Under the pieces are notes generated by a model that saw only the letters and a list, made by a program, of their open reading frames with translations, ran no database searches and was not told where the DNA came from. The position numbers and the translations under genes are program-made. Of a stretch of DNA of 64,000 nt, positions 37,051 through 47,536 are shown piece by piece (within the stretch, counting starts at the first letter, position 1; every line of letters starts with the position of its first letter). The stretch is taken from NCBI GenBank assembly GCA_050250375.1, contig JBFWOS010000001.1, positions 27,346 through 91,345 of the forward strand, given 5' to 3'. This DNA is from Candidatus Omnitrophota bacterium (GTDB lineage Bacteria; Omnitrophota; Gorgyraeia; Zapsychrales; Zapsychraceae).

Positions 37051-37589
37051 TTTCCTCCTAATAATTCCATCTGTTTACAAGCAGCGACTCGTTTAACCTG
37101 ATCAATAATTCGAGTTGACAAATGACATTCAATAATATCTCGCTCTCCATCAAACCAATCTAATTTACCATTTAGCCCTTCGAAAATTTGTAGAATACCT
37201 TGCGCGCTATAACCATTTCTATGATTCTGATCAACACAAATCATCATCTTCACTGCAAATTTTCTATTTCCCGCAAAATCATGAGCCTCTCCAATAGCAC
37301 CAGGACTTACCATTAAATTTATGATATAATCATACTCCTCTATCAAAATTTCTTCGGCCACTTTTACATTCAACCCTCTTAAATTCATATCCTCTTTATT
37401 GATTATTTCTTCTGGAAAATCTGCATCATGATTTAACTCTTTAAGCTTCATCCTTATTTCACAACGCTTCGCATATAAGTCCCCTCCACTGATACCTGGA
37501 CCAAAAATTAATATTTTTAGCTTACAGCCATCATGAATTCTACTGGCTGCCGCACGCAATCTTTTTAGATGTTTGTTAGTCATAACCAA
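37047..37589 (-). CDS. Hypothetical protein, nucleoside deoxyribosyltransferase/TIR-like fold
   Basis: ILIFGPG...R...L...FPEE...YDYII.L..SPGAIGE pattern; 4-bp overlap with the kinase gene. Confidence 0.5.
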   Translation of the reverse strand: MVMTNKHLKRLRAAASRIHDGCKLKILIFGPGISGGDLYAKRCEIRMKLKELNHDADFPEEIINKEDMNLRGLNVKVAEEILIEEYDYIINLMVSPGAIGEAHDFAGNRKFAVKMMICVDQNHRNGYSAQGILQIFEGLNGKLDWFDGERDIIECHLSTRIIDQVKRVAACKQMELLGGK

Positions 37590-37605
37590 AATATCACCAA
37601 GCTTT

Positions 37606-38754
37606 TCACTTAGGCCTCATTAATAAAATAAGTTCGCAGGATTCCTTTCTGGAATCTCTTTTGGTGTTATTTCCACCCAGCGTGCTAAACCTCATCTTTA
37701 CTTTTTCCTTCTCTTGAATATCAAAAAATTGCATTGCTGTGTTTTTAACTTCTTCTCCTGATAAACCGTTGCTGCATTCCTCATTAGGAAAAGTAAATAT
37801 AACTGTAGCCCCGGACTCAGCAAGGTTACTTAAGAGATCAATTAACGCCTGTTTTGATTGTCCTTTATTGCTAAAGCTTGATTGAGGTCTTTTGGATATA
37901 TCAGGGTAGCGCCCCACACCGGAAACCTTTCCACACTCTTTATTGGCAATGGTTTCCAGGACATGATAAAAGCGGCTGTATTGAACTCCGGAATAAGGCG
38001 GGTCCACAAAGACAAGATCGGTGGGTCTCAATTTCTTGGCCTCGTCAATAGCATTTGCCACGCGAGCCTCGCCAATAGTCCTTGCATGCAACTTTGATAC
38101 TTCCGACAATGTTCTTTTGCACACATCAACCGGGTCTTTTTGCCAGGATTCCAACAAAAATTTCTTGGCCGTTCTGGTGGGTTGGAACGGCTGTGCCGTG
38201 TGTCCGGGAGAAGCCGCGCACCGACTAGCAGCCATGATGACGGCAGCTAAGCTCACCTTTTGATGAGTCAATTCTTGCGGAACATATTTTAATAAATAGT
38301 CAAAGGTCAGCGCTTGCTGCGGGCTGTAATAATGCCCTCCATAGGCATTCCAGATGGGGCCAATTGTTGACCGCTCTTCACAGAGTTCACGACAATCTTT
38401 AACATATTGACCCATCCTGCGCTTATCAAGCTTTGCGCTAAGCTTTTCAGCGGATATCCATAACTTCGATTCCCGCCTTAAATCGTCCACCCGATTAAGC
38501 CAATTTTCAGTAAGCTCCGATTCTTCAATAACCCTATTTCTTCCAATAATTGATTCCGTCAGGATAACGGAGTATTTCTGCAAATCTATTGCAAGCACCG
38601 GTAAGTCGGTGTGTCGAGCCACATGACACGCAACAGCCCCTGCCCCGCAAAAAAGATCCACAATCCGTTTAGCGGATTTGGCTTCTTCATCAAGCAACTT
38701 TCCCAAACCATTGGTGAGCATATACCGTTTTGAGCCCATGTATTTCATATACAA
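37606..38754 (-). CDS. DNA adenine methyltransferase (D12/Dam-FokI class)
   Basis: KYMGSK, DLFCGAGAVA, VFVDPPY...YSRFYHVLETI. Confidence 0.88.
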   Translation of the reverse strand: MYMKYMGSKRYMLTNGLGKLLDEEAKSAKRIVDLFCGAGAVACHVARHTDLPVLAIDLQKYSVILTESIIGRNRVIEESELTENWLNRVDDLRRESKLWISAEKLSAKLDKRRMGQYVKDCRELCEERSTIGPIWNAYGGHYYSPQQALTFDYLLKYVPQELTHQKVSLAAVIMAASRCAASPGHTAQPFQPTRTAKKFLLESWQKDPVDVCKRTLSEVSKLHARTIGEARVANAIDEAKKLRPTDLVFVDPPYSGVQYSRFYHVLETIANKECGKVSGVGRYPDISKRPQSSFSNKGQSKQALIDLLSNLAESGATVIFTFPNEECSNGLSGEEVKNTAMQFFDIQEKEKVKMRFSTLGGNNTKRDSRKESCELILLMRPK

Positions 38755-40031
38755 ATTCCTGTTAAGCCAATACGTTCACAACCGGAAAGTATCAAGAGTT
38801 CCTTTGATAATTTGGTACGCAACTCAAATACATTGTTAATCAAAGATGCATCTTGGTTAACATTATTTATAGTATCGTTAACTTCACTCCACATATCTAA
38901 CAAAGGATCGGTACTTGTATTTTCCCAAAGACCTCGATCTATACCCAATGGTTCCCACCAAAATTCTAAATCTTTTTTAGTTGTAGCTGTACATTCCATC
39001 AAGCGAGAGACTGACCCCGTAGATAACCTTAAGAGCAACATCGCTCGACATAACATTTGTATATGATATTTTTCGTCAGTGTAAGTTCCATTTTTTCTTG
39101 CTTCTATTAAAAGACGCGATCCAGGCAGTTTATTAGTTGGCCCCGATAATAAAGTACTTAACCTCTGTGATTCATTCTTAGAAATCCCCAAATTCTGCAT
39201 GACTTTAATTAATTGCTTTTTTGGAATACTGCTTTTTGAGCCATGTAGAGATCTAAAATATTTTTGCAGGGCTCCCCTAAACAACAAAAAATCTATAACA
39301 AAACTATTATTTTTTGAAGGGGTAAATGAATTCCACATTTCTGTAATTAAATTAAGCACTTCCTTAATATTTAAAGAGTTATATGGGGTTAAGTCAGAAG
39401 GTCTATAGCTAGCCTCATTTCTTACAGTTCTATCTTTTTCTAATATTTTCAAATCATGAATCCAATTTTTCAGCCAATCTTCAGCAAGCCATCCAATTGG
39501 AGAGCTATACCCTCCCGTTAATTCAGTAAACCAATCTTTAAGACAAATTCCTTCAGGTCTAATTATTTCCTCAATTAAATGGATAGCATTTGGTGATTTG
39601 GCCCAAACTTCAAATGCTTCTACTACTGCGACATGTGTTCCCTTTCCCGAAATTTTATGAATTCTTGAACTATCGATAGTAAAATGAATTTTATCAAATA
39701 TTCCAATTCCCTCTGCTGCCAAGAGCGACATAACCGCCCTTAACTCTGCATAATAGGCAAAATGTTTAGTCCGACTCCTGTCGCCCAATGAATAAGATAT
39801 TAGTGCTTTCCCCAGAAAATCCCACCCATCTAAACAATGCAAAGGTGTGGAGGCAGCTATATATTTTTTTATATCCCGCCTAATGTTTCCGGCCTTACAG
39901 TCTATTGAAATTTTTTTTATACAATTCTTTCTGTATCGATTATTAAAAATCCATCTATTAAGCTTGAAATCCTTTTTTAGAAGTTCAAAATTTTTCTCAG
40001 ATTCTATTCTTGAAAATGCAGAATATGGCAT
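38745..40031 (-). CDS. Hypothetical protein, HEPN-like
   Basis: HFAYYAELRA...GTH...RNEASY resembles the YYA/H/R-X4-Y pattern of HEPN domains. Confidence 0.55.
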   Translation of the reverse strand: MPYSAFSRIESEKNFELLKKDFKLNRWIFNNRYRKNCIKKISIDCKAGNIRRDIKKYIAASTPLHCLDGWDFLGKALISYSLGDRSRTKHFAYYAELRAVMSLLAAEGIGIFDKIHFTIDSSRIHKISGKGTHVAVVEAFEVWAKSPNAIHLIEEIIRPEGICLKDWFTELTGGYSSPIGWLAEDWLKNWIHDLKILEKDRTVRNEASYRPSDLTPYNSLNIKEVLNLITEMWNSFTPSKNNSFVIDFLLFRGALQKYFRSLHGSKSSIPKKQLIKVMQNLGISKNESQRLSTLLSGPTNKLPGSRLLIEARKNGTYTDEKYHIQMLCRAMLLLRLSTGSVSRLMECTATTKKDLEFWWEPLGIDRGLWENTSTDPLLDMWSEVNDTINNVNQDASLINNVFELRTKLSKELLILSGCERIGLTGICI

Positions 40032-40039
40032 AGTATTTT

Positions 40040-41545
40040 TTACCTATTAAAACCTAAATGTTCAAAAACATTTTTGGCAACCGTTCCCAATTCTGTTTTT
40101 TCAACCATCAAATGTCTCAAAAGTTGACGACGAAACTCTCTATAACCACTTCCTCCTCGAAAAGCTAATTTTCGCAATCTTTCATTTTCCTCTAAATTAG
40201 GAGCACCTGATGATCTCCAATCAAACTTTGAGAGGGACTGAGTTAAATTATCAATAAAATCTATAATTTTCTTTTTACGTTTTAGATCTTTAATGGCTTC
40301 GTTTACTGAAATTTCGGCATCTGGGACATCTGATAATTTCCATGATTTAAGGTTGAGACTTACTGCTTTTTCGAAGAAAATGTCGTTGGTCACATTCAAC
40401 ACAACTGAAACACCTTGATCATTATTGAGCAATGAATGTGGCCCATCAAATGCTGGGTCATTATTCTTTTGCTTTTTATATTTAATACCCCTTAAATCTT
40501 TTGCCCATCCCGAGTTATTGTCTTCAACAAAATATTTTATTCTGTTCCAAAGATATATCAGGAAGGCCGCTTGTTGTGTCCTTGTCCAGGGGATAATGAT
40601 CTTGTGTTCCCCGACTCTTGCGCCATAAAGACCCCCTATTGAAACACCTTTACCTTCGTATGACTTTATATAACTTTTGAGCAAAGCTCTAATCCAAGCA
40701 GCTTGGGTAACAGCCCCAGCGCCACCCTCCCCTAACATATTTATTCGATGATACCAAACACTTTCCTGTTCGTACCATAATGACTCAGTAATTTCCTGCG
40801 CTCTTGCCTCTCTATATACTTTGTGCCCCTCAAATCTATCAAGCCAATCTTCCGTTCGCAACAATGGATAAAGGTCATAGGCTAAACTTGGATTAATCCT
40901 CTTTGGTTTTATATTAATCGTCCAAAATAAATATGCCTGCCAACTAATATCTAACTCATGAAAAGCCACAACAGGAAGCTGATAGTTTTCATCATCCAAC
41001 TTGTCATCAAAGGCCAATAACCGATGTTGTCCATCTATTATTTCTATTGGATGTTTCTTCTTTGGCTTCCAGTTTTTCCCTTTAAAACTTCTAGGCAATA
41101 TAACTTCAATGTCTGTTGAATTCTCTTCAATTTCAATTAAATCATTCTTGTCAACAGCCATATCGTTTCTTTCATCAGCCTTCCCTAAAATATTTACAAC
41201 TATCGCTGTAGGAAGCCACCCTGGTTTTCTCAAATTATTAAAAACTTCTTCTTTCCTTTTCGAACCTGATAATTCTGACCATGGATATCCATATTTAATG
41301 TACTCACGTATATTTGCTGAACGAGATGGCTCATGTTGTCTTTGTATATGTTTATCACTGGTTCTTGAAATTCCAGATTTAATTCCGCGTCTATATACAC
41401 CTGATAATAGTTTTAACTTCTTAGCGGAAAGAGAAAAAACATAAAAGAACTCTTTTGGCTTCTTTCTTAAGTTTTCTTTCTTAAATTCGATACCTTTCCA
41501 TTCATTCAACCACTGATGGATTTTCAATGCCTTTATTTTTTCCAT
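40040..41545 (-). CDS. DGQHR-domain (DndB/ParB-like) protein
   Basis: IQR...R...I..Y, LPTAIVVN, IIDGQHRL, F.TIN..PKRINPSL. Confidence 0.88.
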   Translation of the reverse strand: MEKIKALKIHQWLNEWKGIEFKKENLRKKPKEFFYVFSLSAKKLKLLSGVYRRGIKSGISRTSDKHIQRQHEPSRSANIREYIKYGYPWSELSGSKRKEEVFNNLRKPGWLPTAIVVNILGKADERNDMAVDKNDLIEIEENSTDIEVILPRSFKGKNWKPKKKHPIEIIDGQHRLLAFDDKLDDENYQLPVVAFHELDISWQAYLFWTINIKPKRINPSLAYDLYPLLRTEDWLDRFEGHKVYREARAQEITESLWYEQESVWYHRINMLGEGGAGAVTQAAWIRALLKSYIKSYEGKGVSIGGLYGARVGEHKIIIPWTRTQQAAFLIYLWNRIKYFVEDNNSGWAKDLRGIKYKKQKNNDPAFDGPHSLLNNDQGVSVVLNVTNDIFFEKAVSLNLKSWKLSDVPDAEISVNEAIKDLKRKKKIIDFIDNLTQSLSKFDWRSSGAPNLEENERLRKLAFRGGSGYREFRRQLLRHLMVEKTELGTVAKNVFEHLGFNR

Positions 41546-41579
41546 AGTTTTCCCCTATATTTGTTATTCTACGGATTAT

Positions 41580-43103
41580 TTATGTTCTCTCAAACGCCTC
41601 CCGCAACACCGCTCGCATCAGCATTTCGGAGTGGTCTTTGCGTTCGGCGACTTGTTTATCAAGCTCACCGACCATGATCGTAAACTTATCCACCAGGTTG
41701 ACGATAACTTGTTGTTCAATCACAGAAGGGACAGGAACTACAAACTGTTCAAGATTGTATTTAGGAAGACCTTCCCGTCCAGCACCTGTAGTAGATTCGA
41801 ACATCACCTTTTGGAATTGCGGTGATAAAACTATTTTGTGCATAAATCCTTTAGACATTAAAATACTTCGAATAATACAAACGTGTTGACTTACATTTCC
41901 TTCTCTGAAATCTACTGGAATTAATGCACACCGCCCAAGAGATCCGCCAGTAATATTTAACAGTAAATCGCCAGCAATGACAGCTGTTCCTTTCATCTGT
42001 TTATGTACTTCGGAGGATATAAATTTTATATCGTCACAATCTAAGCCATCGTCATGAATATTCTGAGACCTAAAAAATAAAATTCCTTTTGTTGAGTAAT
42101 TACTCCCTTTCGGAGTACTTCCTGAACCAATCTTCGAACAAAGATCACCCAACCGACACCATTCCCACCCCTCCGGCAACTCAAAGGGTTTTTCTTCATT
42201 GGTTATTGGTGATAATGGTTTTTCTTTTTTAATTTTCCCTTCCTTAATCAGTCGTTCTTTCTCTGCCTTAATTCTCTCAAGCAACTTTGAGGCATGGTTT
42301 TCGCCGCTGATGAGTTTAGGATTTTCTTTGCGCCATTGGGCTGTCAATTTACCTTCAATGGCTTCCTGCAAAACAGATTGACGAAGATTGTAAAGCAAAG
42401 CTTCTTGAGTCTCGACTTCATCTTTAAATAACTGTCGTAAACAATTTATATTCTTAACTCTATTGAATTTCAATTTCGCTGTATGAAGGATTTCACTCCT
42501 TGAAAGCTCTCCTGTATTCTTATAATGTACAATCTTATTTTGCACGTCCACAGAACAGGCAGGAAACATTAGCTGTTTCATTTTCTCCGCATTTACATTT
42601 GGTTGCGCTGTCCCATTTTTCATTTCAAGAATTTGATTCCAAAAAAGATACGAATTCAAAAAAAGATAAATATATTCGGGATTAAAGCTGGCATTAACTG
42701 TCAACCGAATCAAGTAACTTGCGAACACGCAATTTGTTGGAATATTTTTGATAAATACTGTTTTACCAGTTGTACCACCTGTTCGCGTTATTAAAATATC
42801 CTCTTCATTTAATGAATACTTTTTTAGCTCTTTACAGTCACAAAAAGGTACAGACGGCCAATCTATTACGCCCTCAGTAATGTCGGTAATACGGAGCAAC
42901 TTGCTATTCCCATCAAGCTTTGCAGATGTAGTATAACCATACTGGGTCTTAGTTAGAGCATCCCCCAAAGGAATAAAATTCTTGTAAGTATCAGCAATGA
43001 TTTTCATTAATACCGTGTTATGTAGCTGCCTTAACTCTTCTTCGTTAGATTTAATAAATGTAAGTTTGCGATAGCCATACTCAGGAACAAAAGAATTAAC
43101 CAT
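41580..43103 (-). CDS. hsdS: Type I restriction-modification specificity subunit
   Basis: Two TRDs; LRQSVLQEAIEGKL, EKPFELPEGWEWCRLGDL and VPSVIEQQVIV conserved regions. Confidence 0.93.
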   Translation of the reverse strand: MVNSFVPEYGYRKLTFIKSNEEELRQLHNTVLMKIIADTYKNFIPLGDALTKTQYGYTTSAKLDGNSKLLRITDITEGVIDWPSVPFCDCKELKKYSLNEEDILITRTGGTTGKTVFIKNIPTNCVFASYLIRLTVNASFNPEYIYLFLNSYLFWNQILEMKNGTAQPNVNAEKMKQLMFPACSVDVQNKIVHYKNTGELSRSEILHTAKLKFNRVKNINCLRQLFKDEVETQEALLYNLRQSVLQEAIEGKLTAQWRKENPKLISGENHASKLLERIKAEKERLIKEGKIKKEKPLSPITNEEKPFELPEGWEWCRLGDLCSKIGSGSTPKGSNYSTKGILFFRSQNIHDDGLDCDDIKFISSEVHKQMKGTAVIAGDLLLNITGGSLGRCALIPVDFREGNVSQHVCIIRSILMSKGFMHKIVLSPQFQKVMFESTTGAGREGLPKYNLEQFVVPVPSVIEQQVIVNLVDKFTIMVGELDKQVAERKDHSEMLMRAVLREAFERT

Positions 43104-44529
43104 TCTGAACTGCTTCCTTAAGTTTCTTTAAAAGTTCTTCACTCTTGCAAAACGAATCATGAAGCGTGGCGACCAGCTCTGCGCTTGAATAGACGTGTTC
43201 CGCTTCAGGCATGTGTGGATTTTTAATGTCGAGGTTATACCCATTAGTTGCTATCGTTTCGATCGAAACTTTCCAGACCTGTTCGCTTTTTTTACGTTTC
43301 TTCCACCATTTCTTTAGACCATCGAATTCACTTTTCTGTATCGGTTTAGTCTTATTATAAGCCTTTACCCCTTCCGGCAATTTGTGTTCCCAATACCAAA
43401 CCTCTTTTGTAGGCTTGCCTTTGTCGAAGAATAGAAGATTTGTCGCAACGCTCGCATAAGGTTGAAAAACCGAATTAGGCAGACGCACTATCGTATGTAA
43501 ATTGCAATTCTCCAATAGATGTTGACGTATCCGTTGCTTAACTCCGTCTCCCGTCAGCGATCCGTCCGGTAGTACAATACCTGCGCGCCCCCCGTCTTTG
43601 AGATAACGGATCATCAACATTAAGAAAAGATCGGCACTTTCTGCGGTGCGGAAATTCTGCGGAAAATTGGTTTCGACTCCATCCGTAACCGAAGCACCAA
43701 AAGGAGGATTGGCAAGGATGACATCAACCCGGTCTTTTTGTCCGATGGATGTATATTCGCGATTAAGGCTATCAGTATAATCAATATTGGGGACTTCAAT
43801 GTCATGGAGGATAAGATTAGTGACGGCCAACATAAAAGGAAGCGGCTTAAATTCCATTCCGTGAATCGTTTTTTCAAGTTCCTTCAGGTCATCAACGCCC
43901 TTAACATCCTGCGTGCGAATATTCTCGATTGCACTCGTTAAGAAACCGCCGGTGCCGCAGGCGGGATCCAAAACTTTCTCACCTAACCTTGGATTTACCA
44001 TTTCCGTAATAAATTCGGTCAGAGCGCGCGGGGTGTAGAATTCCCCGTAATTGCCGGCGTTTTGAAGATCGCGCAGGATGGTCTCATAAATATCGCCAAA
44101 AACGTGACGGTCCTCGGCTTTGTTAAAGTCAATCTGGTTTAACGCGTTAATCACCTGGCGGAGGATGGTGCCGTTTTTCATATAGTTGTTTGTGCCGTCA
44201 AATATTTCACGGACAATAAGCGCGCGTTTATTGCCGGTGCTCACGTCTAAATTCTTTAGTTGAGGAATTAGTTTGCCATCAATAAAACTTTTCAGCTCAT
44301 CCCCCGTCATCCCCTCATCATCAGCGGCCCAATTACGCCATTGTAATTCCTTGGGGATCACCGAAACATATTTATTATTGATTAACTCCATTTCCTGATC
44401 TTTATCATCCAAAACCTTGAGGCTGATCATCCAGCCCAATTGTTCGATGCGCTGGGCGTCTCCAGACACGCCGGGGTCTCTGCGCATAATGTTTTGTAAA
44501 CTTTTAATGATACCGCCAAGATTCTTCAT
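43096..44529 (-). CDS. hsdM: Type I R-M methyltransferase subunit (EcoAI/EcoEI-like)
   Basis: GEFYTPR, DPACGTGGFL, ANPPFG. Confidence 0.96.
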   Translation of the reverse strand: MKNLGGIIKSLQNIMRRDPGVSGDAQRIEQLGWMISLKVLDDKDQEMELINNKYVSVIPKELQWRNWAADDEGMTGDELKSFIDGKLIPQLKNLDVSTGNKRALIVREIFDGTNNYMKNGTILRQVINALNQIDFNKAEDRHVFGDIYETILRDLQNAGNYGEFYTPRALTEFITEMVNPRLGEKVLDPACGTGGFLTSAIENIRTQDVKGVDDLKELEKTIHGMEFKPLPFMLAVTNLILHDIEVPNIDYTDSLNREYTSIGQKDRVDVILANPPFGASVTDGVETNFPQNFRTAESADLFLMLMIRYLKDGGRAGIVLPDGSLTGDGVKQRIRQHLLENCNLHTIVRLPNSVFQPYASVATNLLFFDKGKPTKEVWYWEHKLPEGVKAYNKTKPIQKSEFDGLKKWWKKRKKSEQVWKVSIETIATNGYNLDIKNPHMPEAEHVYSSAELVATLHDSFCKSEELLKKLKEAVQNG

Positions 44530-44538
44530 TAACTCTCC

Positions 44539-46944
44539 TTACGCAACGGCATAAAGCTCATGCTCCAACTCTTTGATGGCCAGGATGTATTGATCACGGC
44601 CGCCAAAGGATTGAATAATTTCCGTTGGTGTTCCCATTTGATTAAACGGCTCGATTTTTAAGACTGAAAGGTCTTCAATATTCTCAATGCCTTCATCCGC
44701 ATATTTATCCAACAGGGCGTTGAGAACGGCACGCGCTTTGTTGCCGTATTTGGTGAAATAATTGCGTTTTTTAACTCCTTCGGCTCTTTCTTTGCGTGTG
44801 AGAGCCGGCATATCCCAGGCGATATGACAAATCAGATCAAAAATATCTAAATCTTTCTTTGTTTCCTCCAACAAATTCTCCAGAATAATGCCTTTCGATT
44901 CTAGTTCTTCGACAATCGCTTGTTTTTTATGAGTGCTATTCCACCTGGCGAGAAATTCGTTCAAGGTGTGAAACTCTTTTATAATACTTCTTTTCGTATA
45001 GTCAATTAAGGTCTCGGTCATCAGTTTGCCGTTGGCATCCAAATGCTGGACACGTTCATTCAAAATGGACACATCCACGCCAGCGACAAAGATTTTTGGA
45101 CTCGGATCAGATGTTATTGGTCCCCCCCCCACAATTTCAGGCGGAGGATCATAGATGGTAGTTCCATCTCCTTCAAAATCAACAGGCTCATCGGTTTCAG
45201 GATCGATGACTTCCTGATCATCTAAAGGATCAATAACTACATCTGTTATCTCCTCATCTCCATTAATTTCTTTGATCATGACCGGATCTCCGTCAAACTT
45301 AGAGTCGGCAAAAAGATTGGTGACACTGCGAAAATCCATAATCGTAAAATATGTTTTATCGTATACTTCGTTAATACGCGTTCCGCGGCCGATAATCTGT
45401 TTGAACTCGGTCATGGATTGAATATTTGACTCAAGAACAATCAATTTGCAGGTTTGCGCGTCAACACCGGTGGTCATCAATTTTGAAGTGGTGGCAATGA
45501 CAGGATAAGTTTCTTCGGGATTAATAAAATTATCCACTTCGCGCTTACCTTCGTCATTATCGCCGGTTATACGCATGACATATTTATAGTTCTCCAAAAC
45601 CAAATCTGAATTTTCAATGGCCAGGGCTTGTCGCATCCGTTCGGCATGTTCGATATCTACACAAAAAACAATGGTTTTGTCAAAACGATTTGTCTTTCTT
45701 AAAAACTCAGTTATCTTCTTGGCCACTATTTTTGTCCGATCATCAATAACCAAATTTTTGTCAAAATCTTTAGTGTTATAGACCCGGTCTTCGACCTCGT
45801 TACCGTCTTTGTCTTTCTTGCCTAATTCCGGGCGCCAGCCTTCCAGATCGGTATTGATTCCGACTCGGATAACCTTGTAAGGCGCCAGAAACCCGTCCGC
45901 GATACCCTGCTTGAGCGTGTAGGTGTAAACAGGTTCACCAAAATAATCAATATTAGAAATTGTCTTTGTTTCCCGCGGGGTTGCAGTAAGTCCGATATGT
46001 GTAGCGGATTTAAAATAATTAAGAATCGCTTTCCACGCGTTGTCAGACGCCGCGCTTCCGCGATGGCACTCATCAACAACCACTAAATCAAAAAAATCAG
46101 GACGGAATTGTCTATACGCGTCCTTATCCTCATTATCATTTGTCAGTCCTTGATAAAGGGCTAAATAAATTTCGTAGGCTTTGTCAATCTGGTGTTTTTT
46201 GATAACAGTCATTTTTTCTTTAAAATGCTTAAAATCATTGCGCTTGGTTTGATCAATCAGAATGTTACGATCCGCCAGAAAAAGTATTCGCTTTTTCCTG
46301 CCGTTTTTCCAAAGCCGGTAGATGATTTGAAACGCCGTGTAGGTTTTTCCTGTGCCGGTGGCCATGACAAGGAGCACTCTATTCTGCCCGCGGGCGATGG
46401 CTTCAACAGTTCGATTAATCGCGATTTGCTGATAGTAGCGCGGGGAACGTCCTGAACCATCGTAAAAATAGTCGAATGAAGCGGCTTGTTCCTCCTCGGG
46501 AGTTTCAATATTTTTAAACTTTTTGTATATTTGCCATAATTCAGCGGGGGAAGGAAAATTGTCCAGGGAGTATTCTTTTTCGATCGGCATCGTGAGTCCG
46601 GAAAAATCATGCTGGATAAAGCCGTCGCCGTTAGAACTAAAGGCGAGCGGAACATCCAATATCTTTGCGTATCTTAAGGCTTGTTGTAACCCGGAACCTA
46701 CTGAATGGTTGTTATCTTTTGCTTCAATGACAGCGATGGGAATATTGGGTTTAAGATAGAGAATAATGTCGGCACGTTTTCGTTCGCCACGGACCGATTT
46801 TTTACCCTTAACAAAGATACGGCCGTCAGTAAAATACACTTCCTCACGAATCTGTTTTGATAAGTCCCAACCCGCTTTAAGTATGGCCGGCAAAATGAAT
46901 TGGGTGCAGATATCGCGTTCCGAGAGTTCTTTTTTGTTGGTCAT
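44539..46944 (-). CDS. hsdR: Type I restriction endonuclease subunit R (EcoAI/EcoEI-like)
   Basis: D...IEAK nuclease motif, MATGTGKT, DECHRG, LTATP, QIIGRGTR and an EcoEI-like C-terminal domain. Confidence 0.96.
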   Translation of the reverse strand: MTNKKELSERDICTQFILPAILKAGWDLSKQIREEVYFTDGRIFVKGKKSVRGERKRADIILYLKPNIPIAVIEAKDNNHSVGSGLQQALRYAKILDVPLAFSSNGDGFIQHDFSGLTMPIEKEYSLDNFPSPAELWQIYKKFKNIETPEEEQAASFDYFYDGSGRSPRYYQQIAINRTVEAIARGQNRVLLVMATGTGKTYTAFQIIYRLWKNGRKKRILFLADRNILIDQTKRNDFKHFKEKMTVIKKHQIDKAYEIYLALYQGLTNDNEDKDAYRQFRPDFFDLVVVDECHRGSAASDNAWKAILNYFKSATHIGLTATPRETKTISNIDYFGEPVYTYTLKQGIADGFLAPYKVIRVGINTDLEGWRPELGKKDKDGNEVEDRVYNTKDFDKNLVIDDRTKIVAKKITEFLRKTNRFDKTIVFCVDIEHAERMRQALAIENSDLVLENYKYVMRITGDNDEGKREVDNFINPEETYPVIATTSKLMTTGVDAQTCKLIVLESNIQSMTEFKQIIGRGTRINEVYDKTYFTIMDFRSVTNLFADSKFDGDPVMIKEINGDEEITDVVIDPLDDQEVIDPETDEPVDFEGDGTTIYDPPPEIVGGGPITSDPSPKIFVAGVDVSILNERVQHLDANGKLMTETLIDYTKRSIIKEFHTLNEFLARWNSTHKKQAIVEELESKGIILENLLEETKKDLDIFDLICHIAWDMPALTRKERAEGVKKRNYFTKYGNKARAVLNALLDKYADEGIENIEDLSVLKIEPFNQMGTPTEIIQSFGGRDQYILAIKELEHELYAVA

Positions 46945-47175
46945 TTGCTTTTAAACTATGGATTGAGAAAATTGATTCATTTCTTTATATCATTATTTAA
47001 GCTTTGATTTTCTAATTTTTCCAAGTATTTTTTAAATTCAAAATGTATCTATATTACAATTTACCTCTCACCGCTCCACCTTCCCCTCTCCCCCCTTACA
47101 GGGATCGGGGATCAGTGATCATTGGTTGGCCCGTTATGCTCTTGAAGAGAATCATACTAAATTTTCTGTTTGTCG

Positions 47176-47505
47176 TCATCGGTCAACCTTTTCTTCGTCT
47201 CCAGGACACGCCGCAAACTCGCAATCCGGCGGGATTCTTCCTACGTAACTGCCGTCGGCGCATTGTTTGGCGTCCATTGTGCACGCATGCGTGCTCTTGG
47301 TGTTATGAGCAGGAGTGCAGCTGGATATAAATAAAGAAAGAAGAAGGAAGAAGAAAGAGGGGAGAAATTTATTGACCGTTGGGCTATTGGGTATATGGGT
47401 AAATGGGTATATGTGTTTATGCGGGGTTATGACTGTTGGGCGGATAAAGTCACACGTCACAAAGTCACATGTCACATGTGACTTGTGTCCTGTGACGTGT
47501 GACAT
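47176..47505 (-). CDS. Small Cys-rich putative lipoprotein
   Basis: Lipobox-like FISSC followed by CTMDAKQCADGSYVGRIPPDCEFAACP; N-terminus lies in a duplicated repeat block; start uncertain. Confidence 0.6.
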   Translation of the reverse strand: MSHVTGHKSHVTCDFVTCDFIRPTVITPHKHIYPFTHIPNSPTVNKFLPSFFFLLLSLFISSCTPAHNTKSTHACTMDAKQCADGSYVGRIPPDCEFAACPGDEEKVDR

Positions 47506-47506
47506 T
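47330..47506. repeat. Repeat B1 (GTCACAT heptamers, ATGGGT octamers, purine tract)
   Basis: Direct copy at 48159-48317. Confidence 0.9.
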
Positions 47507-47536
47507 GCTTGACCACCGGTCACTGGTCCCTGATCC

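Noticed and set aside
40040-41545. Dnd/Ssp phosphorothioation system
   Set aside because: Only a DGQHR protein is present; there is no DndA/C/D/E, PAPS-reductase-like or Ssp gene.
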